NCBI RefSeq assembly: GCF_001447785.1
Contig: NW_015163228.1
Location: 4,070 to 68,069 of the forward strand
Direction of reading: 5' to 3'
Source of the DNA: Gekko japonicus
Lineage: Eukaryota
Length of the DNA stretch: 64,000 bases
A model generated the notes under the pieces. That model saw only the letters and a program-made list of their open reading frames with translations. It was not told the DNA's origin and searched no databases. Shown piece after piece: positions 21,546 to 34,314 of the stretch. The translations under genes were made by a program, and so were the position numbers. Within the stretch, counting starts at the first letter, position 1. Each line of letters starts with the position of its first letter.

Positions 21546-21799
21546 GTAATGAAGCCTATATGGACCAATGACAGTGAGGTTTGGGACAGTGTAAGTCAGC
21601 GACACCCTGGGGAATGCTCCTCAAAGGATCCTTATCAGTCTTTCCCTACTAGCTTCCCTCTCAACTGATTAGTAGGTGAACAAAATATTTTCCACCCATC
21701 TCTCTCTGTATCTCACCATCCAGTCTCATAGTTCTTTCTCCACCATTGAGATTTTGCCCATTGCTTTTTCTCCGATTCTCCAGCTACCTGGGTCTGTAT

Positions 21800-22005
21800 C
21801 AATGTTCCCTCTAAGCTGTGGAGTCTTGTGAGCAAAAATTCTACTTTGTAAGCCACTGGCATTAAAGTTGTGAGCGAGCAATTTGGTTGCTGCATAAATC
21901 AGTCTGCTCTGGAGCCATCCTTCCTAAGTGAAGACAAAAATGTGTGAGCCAGAGGCTAAAAAACTGTGAGCTAGGTCACACTAACTCAGCTTAGAGGGAA
22001 CACTG
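21800..22005. mobile_element. hAT MITE with 8-bp TSD GTCTGTAT
   Basis: TIR CAATGTTCCCTCTAAGCTG / CAGCTTAGAGGGAACACTG and a perfect 8-bp TSD. Confidence 0.88.
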
Positions 22006-24073
22006 GTCTGTATATCAATGCCTGTACCACTCTTCTGCAAAGTCTGAGATACAAATACATTTTAAAAAATAAGTCTGGTTACAGGGTAATACATATGTTT
22101 TCAAAAAAAATTTTTTTAAATAAAAGCCCTGATTTGCTATGTTTTTCAATATCGCAGTCTTCTCAAGAACTCTTTATGTAGTCATGTGCTTCCTCTTGAG
22201 AATTGCCCTTATTTACCTAATCAGAAGCAATATTACTTTCATGGTTGCAGCACACCTGGATAGTTGCAGCACACCTGGATAGCTGAGAATGTAGAAATCT
22301 GCACCCATTGAGCTGCAGCCATTGATGGCAATTTGGGAAAGATGGCAAAGTCCCCCCCCCCCATTTTTGGGTAGGTCATTACAATGTGTTCTGTATTTTC
22401 ACTTGATCAGTGCTATAAGTTACTAGGCATGAAATATCACCTTAGTTTTATCCAACAGTATTTAAATGAAAATATGAAAGGAAGAAGGCATAATATTACA
22501 GGAAATGAGAAAGGGAAGTAACATTTCCATAATGAACTGCTAGCTCACTAATGAATATATTGAGAAATGCAGAAGTGTGGATAGGCTTACAGAAGAGTAA
22601 GAATAGTATCATTGCACTAATTCAGACAGGAGCAGAAATGCCTAATGATTTGGATGTGTCTAAAGTTGCAACTATTCATCACTGGATACTGTGCAGGAGT
22701 GGAGTGGCCATTTAACTTGCCATTGGGCCTCTCCCATGGAGGGTCAATGGAATCATGAGTAAGTACAGCCAAGCCTCTGTACAGGGATTACCCTGTTCAG
22801 GCTTGGTTATTGTCACCAACATTGTGTGCTGGCTCATCCATTGCCTACTTTTCTCCTCCAGCAATGCCAGCTGTCAGTGGTGCAGGAGAGTGCAACCAGT
22901 GAACCAACCCATAATTGGCAACACTGGTTAGGTCTTAGTTGAGCGGCCCCTGAATTACTGGCTTGGGGTACCACAGGGGCAACTCATTGCAATTTGCTCC
23001 CAGTCGGCCCCAATATTAAGCCATCACTGCTATCACCATGCTATACCAGTGCTTTACAACTGAGTACTCTTGTCTGCAAAGGAAAATCAAGTTACAGATC
23101 ACTACAATAGCACTAGAATAGCTCAAAATCCAATGCAATCCGGGATACTCATCAGCAGGCGTCATTTCGTAGAAAAAGAGGTGCAGGAGCTCATTAGCAT
23201 AACTCATTAGCATAGCTAATTTACATATGCCACACCCCCGACATCACCGGAAGTGTGTCAGGAGGCAACACCCACTGCTCAGGCTCCACTGGACTGTTTT
23301 GGATTACTCGCTATTGGGGGGAGGGACGTGCAGATCTGTCCTTGCAGAGGAGGGAGAGCTTGTACTTGAATAAAACTTGGTCTTAAAGGTACCACTGGAC
23401 TGTTTTGGACCAGGGGGCCAGGGGGGGTCTCAGCAACTTACCTGGCTGCTTCTTGCTCTGACTGAGGGCTGCTGGGAGCAGGGGGTGGGGCTTGTTGCAT
23501 GTGCCCACCCCCTGGACTCTTTACTACCGGCGCTCCGCTCCTGTGCGCTCCTGCAGGAAATGACCCCTGCTCATCAGGAAGAATTAAGTAACATGAAAGC
23601 CAAGAGAAACCTGGATGGTGTCTTGTGTAGAATTTAGACTGAGGAGACCTGACATCAAATTGCTGTTCAATCATAGCTAACTTGGACCAATCCTTATTTC
23701 TCAGCCTAGCTTTTCTGACTTGTCATGAGAGTCAAATGGGAGAGCAGGAGACAAAGCAAAGAACATTCTGCAGGATTTGTCACATCCTGAACACTCCCTG
23801 TTTGAACTGCTGCCTTTGGGTAGAAGATATAGGACAATTAAAACAAGTACACACAGATTAAAAATAGTTTTTATTCGAGAGCTATTATTGCTTTAAATGC
23901 TGTATGAAATTGGAATTTGGGTGACATTGGGGGTTTAAGTTACAATGTGAACCTTAAGGGAGTTATGGGACGGTTGTGAATGGTTGTGTGAGTGTATATG
24001 AGTATGGTTGTAGATCACCAAAATGATTGCATCTTAATTTTGTTGTACTATGTACAATGACAATAAAGTATAT

Positions 24074-24074
24074 T

Positions 24075-24110
<36 letters not shown>
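24074..24110. repeat. (ATC)n microsatellite
   Basis: Seen directly in the sequence. Confidence 0.95.
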
Positions 24111-24111
<1 letters not shown>

Positions 24112-24738
24112 CTACAGCACATGCTACTTTGAATTGCTGGGTGAAATAATAGGTCAAACATGCTTATCTGTCTGTCTGTCTGTCTGTCATCTATCATCTA
24201 GCTATCTTCTAGCTATCTATCATCTATCTATCACAACTAAAGATTTGTAACACATAAAGGCTACCATACCAGCACAAATATGATGAATGAACTTGGAAGG
24301 GGGGCATAGGTGCTGCCTCCCCACCCTCTGATAATTTCCACAATATGAATTGGAAACTGGAAAGAGGAGTTGTCACTGCAGCTTATTGCAGAATAGTGGA
24401 TGGGTGCCTTGCAGTTATTGCCCTCTCTTTGAAGTTGAAATGAAGCATGGTGAAGACTGGAATGTTTCAGGCCTTTCCTCTGATGACTTTATTGAGGGCA
24501 GTTTGAAGAAACGTTGATTTATTATTATGAATGATTGCACCCAGATTTCTTGTTGACATTGTTTGATGACATTCAGATAATAAAGAAAATCCATGAACCA
24601 GATCTGGAATGAATATTGAAAAAACTTCACATGCAAGTGAAATTCATGGGGGAGTGAATGTTCAAGGGGAGTCTGTAAATATGTTTCTTGAGTTTCTTTC
24701 TGTAAATGTCTTAAATAAAATCACAGTTTAGACTGCAC

Positions 24739-25650
24739 TCATATTCTTACTTTCCCTATTAACTGGTGTTTGCTATTTAACTCAGGCCTCAGTATTATTA
24801 TGTAGCATTTAGGGAAGAAGATACAAACTAGGAGCCCAGCACTAGAAGCCAAGATAGAGAAGATCTCCACAGCTACCATAAACTTCCCCTTGGTGCTGAG
24901 ATAAGATGGAACAAAGGACAGCCAAACACCACAAAACACCAACATGCTGAAAGTGATCAGTTTGGCTTCATTGAAACTGTCGGGCAACTTCCTGGCTAAG
25001 AAAGCCACAGTAAAGCTGACAGTAGCCAGAAATCCCAGATACCCCAGAACCAAATAAAACATTGTGTCTGACCCTTCATTGCATTCCACTATGATTTCTC
25101 CAGCCAGAGTGTCCATGTCAAAATGTGGGAATGGAGGAGCAGTACAGAGCCACACTACACAAATACTGGCTTGAATGAGGGAGCAAGAGATGAGAATGGA
25201 GGTTGCCAGTCTTTTCCCCACCCATTTCCTCATCTGGGTTCCTGGCTTGGTAGCTGCAAAAGCCACAACCACAGTGATGGTTTTTGCCAGTATGCATGAA
25301 ATAGCCACTGAGAAGATGATGCCAAAAGCAGTTTGCCGTAAGTAGCAGGTCACTGTCTGAGGCTGGCCAATGAAGAGCAAGGAGCACAGGAAGCAGAGCA
25401 ACAGGGAGATGAGGAGAGAATAGGTGAGGTCCCGATTGTTGGCTTTGACAATTGGAGTGTTTTGGTTCTGGATGAAAATTCTTAGGACCAAAGCTGTTAT
25501 CAGAGAAAGAGAGAGAGGAGAGAGCCCAGGAAGCTAAAGTGATCCCCAAAGATTCTGTGAAAGAGAGGAAGTTTAGAACCTTGGGAATGCATTGATCTTG
25601 ATTCTTGTTTGGATATTGGTCTTGTGGACATTTAAAACAGTCATCCATGT
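24739..25650 (-). pseudogene. V2R-B exon 6 (7TM) with +7 frameshift
   Basis: DMDDCFKC...ITLASWAL in one frame; LVLRIFIQ...GKVRI* in another. Confidence 0.88.
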
Positions 25651-25785
25651 CTGAAAAACAGAACAAATGCTGGGTCATGATGTCATTCATGTCATAATTT
25701 TTGTTTATTTTTCTCTTACGTAATGCTTCCTCCAAAACTACCTGATATTTTGTCTATGATCTCTGTTTAAAATGTTGCTACTCCG

Positions 25786-25838
25786 AAGGAAGGAAGGAAG
25801 GAAGGAAGGAAGGAAGGAAGGAAGGAAGGAAGGAAGGA
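25786..25838. repeat. (GGAA)n microsatellite
   Basis: Seen directly in the sequence. Confidence 0.95.
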
Positions 25839-26069
25839 CCAGTATGAAGCTATTGAGTTCATATGAAGATCTGTCCCAATCAAGACTGATATCAGTGAAG
25901 GTTACATCATTCTAGAAAGTAATTTTTCTCTCTGTAGAATCGTAAACACAAAATCCATCTCTCATGTGTGTGCACATGAGGATGCATGTACATACACAGC
26001 CTGTGTGGATATTTTATCTTTTGACTAGATTTTCTTTCTCATTCATGTTACATATTGCCCCTGAGCTGA

Positions 26070-29000
26070 AATAATGAGACAGACAAGTGTTTGGAGTCAA
26101 ACAAGGGCCACTTTATTAACTATTTAATTGTAAAATCAATCAACGGCAAGGGAACTACGTGGGTGCAGAACAAGCCAGGCAGGTGTCAGTCCAACCAACC
26201 TCCTTGCCTCAGGTATGGGCAAGTTACCAGCCCCGGTCTAGGGCCAATGCTCTGACCCGCAACCGGCAGCCCAGTGCACAGGTCACCCGCCCAGGAGCAC
26301 CTACCCAGGAAGGCCTACAGCCTGAAGGGAGGAGCTTACCTAAGAGACTCCTCGAGGTGGTCACCATTCCCAGACCTAAGCCCTAAAGCCCGGTGGCCAT
26401 TCCTGATGACCCCCTAGTCCCAAACTGGAACTGGCTGAAAGTGCTTACCAGTTCTGCTTTCTTTACCCACACTATTCTGTCACATGCAAGGCCAAGCCTC
26501 TGCTTTGGCCGCCGCAGCCACCTAACAGCCTAAGGCTGCCTTAATCCCTTGCTGCAACTCCTCAAGGAAGATGTCATTGCCCTTGTTTGACAAATGCACT
26601 CCATCATCCCTGTACAGGTCAAGCTCAACCTGGATCTCGGGGCGAAGTAAGAATCGACCCAGACCACCCTCCATGTTTTTTTTTTCCATTTGCCAGTTCA
26701 CTTTTCTCCGGGCCTGATCCAAGCCCCAGGTATTCCCAAGGTCATGCCATACATGGTGCGGCAACATTGCTGACCAAACTATCTGCGTTCCCAGCCACCT
26801 CACCCTAATCTTGGCAAGGTCAGCCTTGGCCTGAAGCACCAATGCGATGCCTGTCAACAAACCCAGGTTGTTACCCACCTAGGTGGATAACCAAAACCTG
26901 TGGTGGGGACCCCAGCCTCTCCCCAAACAACAATGGGAGGAGTCTGGGCCATCGCATGCCTCTCCTACCCAACCATTCAACTTGCACCCAGTCACTGAGG
27001 CCCAGGTGTGAACCCACAGGTGTCCTCCTGACACGGTGGGCAGCCCAAAAAACCATGCTGTGGCTGCAGACCAGAACTCCTTGTCTTGCCCACCGGCCAT
27101 CAGCACCTGTTACGAGAACTCTGTAAATAGTAGAAACTCAAAACTTACTCTTTCACACGTAACTTTTGTAAGAACGGGAATGCCAGCAGCCAATGTTGCG
27201 AATTTTAAATGTGGAGTACCCCATGGCCGCAGCGGTAGATGTAGCCCGTATTCTAAAGGAGTGGGTTCTGACGTGAAAGGCTCCCAAACCCAGCTCCTTC
27301 AGGGCTTTCTGGGTCAAGGACCAGAATTGGAATTTGGTGAGTGGGGAACTCTCCCTGTGGCAAAACAAAATGCCATCCCCCAACCCCCTCCAGGCCACAT
27401 AATGATGTAGGGCCCATACAGGGCACAATTCCTGGTCCGAGCACTGACCAAGCTTCACAACAGTGCCTTTGCCTAGCTGATCCATCTTTGAACATCTAAT
27501 AATGACCTTAACTTTGTCAACTGACACAGTAAGGTCACCGAAATAGAGGGCCCGTCCAGAATCATCCCGTCGGGAGGCTCACTAACCTGCAGCACTCCGA
27601 AAAAGGCTACCAATGGAGCTGCATGAAAAAGGAAGGCCTCATAGGCATCGGCACAGATGCTTGGTCACAAAGCCCGAAGGCCTTTGAGAACTGCCGGAGA
27701 CAATGGCTCCCTAACCAGCATCATGACCTGGGCCAACTTAGAGGTCAGAGAATTAATAATCTGTACAGTGCCAAGATTGTCGCACCAGAAATGGACTGTA
27801 TGGACAGCAAAATCTGCTGTCCACAGCCCAACTGCTACTACAATCGGGAAGAATTCCAAGAAGGTTAGGTCCTTGACCCAATCTGCCTGGAACCATTCCT
27901 GTGGCCAATCCTCGGTGCACCAGTGCCCTCCAAAGTAAACACCAAAACCATCTGAAGCTACCTGCAGCTCTGCCTCGACTAAGAGGTCCTTCCGCCAAAA
28001 TGAAATCCCATTGTAAGATACCATACCAAAAGGTAGTCCCTAATCCCTTTAGTGACTCAAGTTCTATGGTGAGGCAGGTACAAGCCTGCCATGGCATCAC
28101 AAAGGTGGTGCACAAACGCCCTGCCCGGGTCCACCACTTTGCAAGCAAAGTTCAGGCGGCCCACCAGCTGCTGAAGCTCCAGTAGGATTATCTTCCTAAG
28201 TTTCACGGCCTGATCAATTAACTTTCGTAACTCCTGAAGCTTCTCTAGGGGCAAACAGGACATTTGACATTTGGTGTGCAGTTTGATCCGCAAAAATGTC
28301 AATACCTTGGTGGGACCCTCCATCTTCTCGTGCGCCAATGCAAGTTCCGAGGCCAAGGACATAAAGGAGTCCAACAAGAATTGACACTGGCCAATATCAG
28401 CACCACCCACGTACAGGAAATCGTCCAAGTAGAAGAAGAAGGATTGGATTTATACCCCACCCCTTCACTACCCAAAGGTGTCTTAGAGTGGCTTACAAAC
28501 TCCTTTCCCTTCCCTTCCCCACAACAGACACCCTGGGAGGTAGGTGGGGCTGAGAGAGCTCTTGACAGAAACTGCTCTTTTTCAAGAACAGTTCTTATCA
28601 GAACTACGGCTTGCTCAAGGTCATCCAGCCAGGTGCAAGTGGAGGAGTGGGGAATCAAACCCAGTTCTCCCAGATTAGAGTCCGGGCACTTAACCACTAC
28701 ACCAAACTGGCTCTCAAGTAGTGTGCAGTACTGTTCAGACTAGTCCTAAAATGCAGGGCCCACTTTAAAAATGAACTGCATTTTTTGAAAACCGCGCAGG
28801 ACATGGAGCACCCCATAGGAAGAGGCCAGTCCATGTAAAATTTGTGTTTGAACGCAAAACCTAACAATTCAAAGTCCCCAGGGTGAATGGGGAGAAGCTG
28901 GAAAGCCAATTTAATATCACATTTGGCAAGGTCTGCACCCCGCCCACAGCTGCAAACAACCAGCATGGCCCGGTCAAATGATGTGTACCGGAAAGAACAA

Positions 29001-29230
29001 AGCTCGTCCGGTATTGTGTCATTGACCGATCTGCCCCGCGGATAGGACAAGTGATGAATAAGTCTATACTCACTCGGGGCCTTTTTGGGGACCACCCCCA
29101 AGGGGGACACACTCTGAGACATGGAGGAGCCTCAAAAGGGCCCAAGACTCTACCTTCCCTGCATTCCTTCCTAATTTTGTGCCGTACATCTTCCATCCCC
29201 TTAATGGATTTAAGATTAGGAGCTGGGCAG
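26070..29230 (-). mobile_element. Ngaro-like (DIRS order) tyrosine-recombinase retrotransposon, 5'-truncated and degenerate: RT - RNase H - YR - SGNH hydrolase
   Basis: RT: SPLGVVPKK..YRLIHHLSYP, KCDIK.AF.LLP, LPMGCS.S, HYL/DDFL. RNase H: GFGVYF..W, LEFFPIVVA..W, FWCDN. YR: THSFRI.A.S.AA, IG.W.S..YKSYV. SGNH: V.SHS.VFWA, HLGGNN, DGVHLS..G. AATAAA near 26115. Confidence 0.88.
28433..28714 (-). mobile_element. Squam3-like SINE inserted in the RT YLDD motif, TSD CTACTTG
   Basis: CAAGTAG at 28426-28432 and 28715-28721; full tRNA head and (CTT)n tail. Confidence 0.9.
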
Positions 29231-30009
29231 TAATTTGAGCATCCTGGGCTTCCTGCCCTTTCATAGTATGCCACATGTTCATGCATATTAGTGGAGGGTC
29301 TCAGTCTTTTAAGAGAGCTTCTGCTTTCATAAGACATCAATCACCTCTGTGCCTTTTTAAAATGTTTTTAAAAAGGAATAAAAGTTTGGAGTGTTGAACA
29401 AGCCAGTGTTACAAGATTCATTTTCTAGTGTCCCCTGACTCCCCAGATCAAGGAGGAGGATGAGCTATTGTTGAGTCTCTCCGCTGTCAATCAGCCTTAG
29501 TGGCGCATGAAACAAGAAGTATGTGCCTTAACTGCAAGACTCTTAATTTGAATTTTATGAAGCTCAGCAGTTGTATAGAATCTCTCATCTTTCTCCATGG
29601 CTTGGTGGGGGGTGGGATGTCCTGCATGACAGCTAAGGGCTGTGGCTATAAGGGAGACTGGATGATTAGCAAAGAAGCAAAGCTTGAAGTGCATAATTTG
29701 CTTTGAATTATATGTGGCGGTGGATGGAAAGGGATGGATTCTTGACAGCTTTTCCAATCAATTTCACAAAATTCTCCTTATTACTATAGGCCCTGTATAC
29801 TATATGGGCTTGCTTGACTTTTGTCCTTGAAGGTCCAATTATCCTTAGTATAACCTTTATCATGGTGAACGAAGACACTGTTCTCTCTCCTTTTTTTTGC
29901 CAGTAGAAAAGTTGTCTGGATCAAACCCTGTTATAATATATGTGAGAGATAGATTTTGGATGTAGGTCTTTCATATTATCTTTTTAACTTTGTGCATTAC
30001 GGTCCCTAC

Positions 30010-30136
30010 CTTTGTGATCTGAAATCTTCTCCTCTGGACACAAAGCACAACTGTAGCAACAAAAGGGTGCCCCCTCCATCTTCTTTCTGCTATAACCAGG
30101 ATGACAGTTGTTATTGCATACAGCAATGGGAGGCAC
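30010..30136 (-). CDS. V2R-B exon 5 (127 bp, CRD)
   Basis: [42 protein letters not shown]. Confidence 0.9.
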
Positions 30137-30350
30137 CTACCGCCAAAAGAGGAGGAAAATAAGGGTTTTTTTTTGGTTTATCAATATACTCTAAACATCT
30201 AAATGGCTTCTTTTGAAAGGGGGTGGATAGGGAGTATAATGTAAATAAAATGATGAAAACTGATGATCTCAGGAATTCACTAATGGGCAGAAAAAAATGG
30301 GGTCCTGAAAATCAACAGGAGTTCAACTTGTATTGCAAACTAACGCAGTC

Positions 30351-30550
30351 AAGAGCAAGAGTCTAGTAGCACCTTAAAGAATAACAAAATATGTGGCAGG
30401 GTATAAGCTTTCGTGAGTCACTGCTCTCTTCTTCAGATCTGAAGAAGTGTTCACAAAAGCTCATACCCTGCCACATTTTTTGATAGTCTTTAAGGTGCTA
30501 CTGGAATCTTGCTCTTTTCTACTGCTACAGACAGACTAGCATCACTACCC
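30351..30550. mobile_element. Penelope-derived inverted-repeat element with hammerhead-like cores
   Basis: Palindrome centred on TTCTTCAGATCTGAAGAAG, with arms AGTAGCACCTTAAAGA / TCTTTAAGGTGCTACT. CTGAAGA...GAAAGCT core on the minus strand. Confidence 0.72.
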
Positions 30551-30802
30551 CTCTTGATCAAACATAGTCAAAGTGAGAAAATAATTAGCAAATTAAGCAC
30601 TTGATGAATTTCATAAACTTTCCTATGTGATCAAAATGATAGAGAAGCTTACGGGTACTCAATGGAATTTGTACATTATGATAAGAAGTATCATCAAGGT
30701 TTAATATTGGAACATCTAACAAAAATGCATAGCAACAATTCCCTCCCTAGAACTCCACAGCAACAATTGCACTTCGCCAGAAATTGTTGCTATGGAGTTT
30801 GT

Positions 30803-31085
30803 GGGTGATTTCTCACGAGAGCTGCCTTGCAGCACAGCACCGTTTGGCTCGACACAAACGTGTCAATTTCACACCCGAAGCTCCGGGGCTGCATTTGACT
30901 CGGGGCTTCGCCTGATTTCCTCCGCAGTTTCATGATCCTCAAAAACCAGGATCACGAAACTGTGGAGGAAATCGGGCGAAGCCCCGAGTCAAAATGCAGC
31001 CCCGGAGCTTCGGGTGTGAAATTGACATGTTTGTGTGGAGCCAAACGGTGCTGTGCTGCAAGGCAGCTCTCGTGAGAAATCACCC
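30803..31085. mobile_element. Long palindromic MITE (about 137-bp arms), Harbinger-like, 3-bp TSD TGT
   Basis: GGGTGATTTCTCACGAGAGCTGCC... / ...GGCAGCTCTCGTGAGAAATCACCC with loop CAAAAACC; TGT on both sides. Confidence 0.88.
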
Positions 31086-31867
31086 TGTGTGTGTGTTTTA
31101 ACCTCTTGCTTTTATGGCCCTTAGCCTGAAGTGACCTGAAACTTCATTCTTACTTGCCTGCCAGCAAATCTACCATACAGTGGCATCTTAACACCAAGGC
31201 CTAAAAAAAAATAATTGAAAGACCTATTCTTTTCCTCCTCTTTTTTATTTGTAATGTATGGCCTGAGAAAGAATTCTGGGGAACAGAACACTTTCAACTG
31301 TTTTGTATCAGTGGGTTGATCCTAATAAAGGTATTATGTGGATTGTTGCTTTGGCTTTGAGACTTTTACTTTTGGCCAACACAGCTGTAAACAGCTTGTC
31401 CAATTGTTTAATATTGGAAAGTTTCCCAATTACTTGTTATTAACAGGGGACATGGAAGGACATGTCAAAGGTCACCCTTCCTCTGGTCTTTCCTCTCCCT
31501 GACAGCCCCCTCATCTGTCCTTTGCCTACTTCTTTCTTCTCTACCACCTACCAAACGTCATCATAGTCTGCCCTTCCCCTGACACTAATTAATGCATGCA
31601 AGCTTTGACAAAATTGTTTGGATTACCTAGCAAGCACCCCCAAAATACTGAAAAAGTTCTTGCCACATAATGACAAGGTTTATTGTTGTTGTTTTTAAGT
31701 TGCAATGTGTGCATTTACACAGACATTGCTTCTACAATTTAGATTTTTAATCCCTCCATTAATTTTTCTTAAGATTTCAGAAGTATCTCTCTTATTGCTT
31801 CGTGTCTCTGTGTTTCAAATATTTATCTGGCCCAAGTTCAGAATTAGATATACAATTTGGATCCCAC

Positions 31868-32095
31868 CTGATTCACCATACTATGCCATGTGATAGCTTC
31901 TTCGTTAATGTCAAATTCTCTGCCTGGTGAAGCCTGTGGATTTATCCTTCCAACTTTCACTCTTATGAAGGATTTGTTCGGTAAAGTAACCCAATTTATA
32001 ATATCAAATCCAGCGGCTATTTCCCCATTCTCATTAAAAAATACTGTGTCTTCAGCACTGTTGTTGAATGAGATCCTTCTCAGGAAACGGTGAAG
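31868..32095 (-). CDS. V2R-B exon 4 (228 bp)
   Basis: [26 protein letters not shown]...ITWHSMVNQ. Confidence 0.9.
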
Positions 32096-33216
32096 CTGGA
32101 TTGAAAAATGCATCCGTTTATTTTTTTTAGAACATTTTTTTAAAAAATAAATAATTACTCATGTTTACAAATAAAAGGCTTTGAGTTATTTAATATTCAA
32201 TACCATTGAATAAATATGGCTAATAAACAGACAGGTATGTCAAGTGAAACATTTGGTTCTAAACCATGATTCATGGATATCATGGGGAAAGGCTTTCTGT
32301 GAGTGGTGGAGCTTATTAATTTGGTTGGATGAGGCCCCTCTCAGGTACAGTACGAATGAGTCATTCTTTCAGCTCACTGTTCTTCCACTCCCCATCTTCA
32401 TTCTGAGAGAATGGAAACTGAAATCACTTTGCAATCTCTTAGGAGTCTCAGTGTTTAAATACATTTGCATGTATCAGTGAAATTATGTTTGATCATGAGA
32501 ACATAACGCCCAGCACCCTGTCTCACACAGTGGCCAATCAGTTCCTCTGGAGGTCCAAGAACAGGGCATAGATGATAAAAGGATCCAAATAATGTTTAAT
32601 GTTTAGTTGAATATGAGTCAGCAGGCAGGTTCCCTGTTAGGAGTAACCCTCACTAAAAATTCAGGAGATGTTTCATTAATGGTGCATAAGTCATACATGA
32701 TTAAACCTAGTTCAACCCACATTGTCTCTTTATATCCATTATTGTATCTCCTGCCATCATTCCAGGAAATGGGGGCAAACAGAAATGGTACAAAAGCCAA
32801 GAGTGTTGAGTCTGATTTGCACAAAGAAATGAAACTGAAAGAGAGACTTTTGAGTGAAACTAGGAAAATGAGATATTTGATACCACCCCTAATTCACCAG
32901 ATTCTCCTGTGTGTCTTCTAATATTATCAGAGAAGCACAGAAGAGAAACATGCTACACTGACATTCAGGCAATGTTCCCCAACACATCCATAGGAAACAA
33001 AAGTATGGGGAACACAACGATTATGGGCTTCAGTGGAACCTACAACATCTATGCGAATGGAAAACATTAAGACATAAGAGAGACTGAAGATTTTAATGAA
33101 AGGGGGATACTGTCTGGAAATTTGGGTGCAATGCTGCACTCCCTGTATCAGATGCCTTCACACATTAGAGGACAACCCAAGACAAAGGGTCTGTTCTGAA
33201 CGTCATGAAACATTAC

Positions 33217-34086
33217 CTTCCAAGGGTGTAGATTTAGAGGATCCCGTCGACTTCTGTCCTCCACTGCTCTAAGTTTCAGTCTGGATGTGTACATCTTATG
33301 TAACGCATGTGCTATGGCATAGACCGCATTGTAGATGCTATAGCTCTGGCCAGTCATGGTCATTTCAAAAAAAATTCCAGGAAGGCTATCCAGCCTCTCT
33401 TCTCCTGTGCAAGCCTCATTATTCTTTCCCTTCTTTTCATCAGAATCAGACAATGTGCAGTTGAATGCCTGTTCCCAGAAGACCCTGATAAAACCATCTT
33501 CTTGTTGTAAGCCAGGACGTACCCTCTGAAGGAAATTTGTAAAATCCAATAACTGATTTGAGTGAATTGTAAAGGATAAGGCACCATGGAAGATGTGCAT
33601 GTCAAATTCTCTGAGCTCCGTCTGTGATGAGAAATCCCATTGTGCTGTCAGAATCCACACCATTCCCATGAAAGTATTGGTAATGCCTCCTAACAGTTCA
33701 TTAAAATATATCAACCATTTCAAAGCATTTATGGTCTGGCGGTCTGCATTTACAACAAATAGTCTGACATTGGAATTGGCAAGAGACGTGGCTACAGGTT
33801 GAATGGTTTCTAATGATCTAAACGTGTGTGATACCTGATATATTGCTGGTGTCTTTTCAATGTGGGCTGTACAAATTCCATGCTCAAAAAGCATAGATGT
33901 CAAAGTGTGGACAAATTTTTCTCCTTGATCATCATCTGTTGCTATTATCCCAACCCATGTCCATTGGAAATGCAAAAGGAGCCGGACAATGCCTGTGTAC
34001 TGAAATTCTTCATTGGAGACCATGCGATAGAAGGAAGGGAGCTGGGTTTTCAGATCTCTCACTGGAGCAAAGACACAGTAGGCAAT
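33217..34086 (-). CDS. V2R-B exon 3 (870 bp)
   Basis: IAYCVFAP...HPWK; 12 bp longer than in V2R-A. Confidence 0.9.
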
Positions 34087-34314
34087 CTGAATAAAAACCA
34101 AATAAATGGTCATGATGACAACATGTGCATTTACATGTTAGAAATGAAGAAAAAATTAATAAGAAATATGAATAACATGAGCTTGGATCTAATCGGCTTT
34201 CCCACTCAATTCCACAGTTCTCTTCCTTACTATGATACCCATGGCTTTTGTCTATGCAAGTCCCCATGACCTCTGGCATAGCCTTTTTGGCTGGCCAAGG
34301 GGACCTTTCCTTCC

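Noticed and set aside
24050-24250. Poly-His / poly-Met ORFs
   Set aside because: Translation of an (ATC)n microsatellite.
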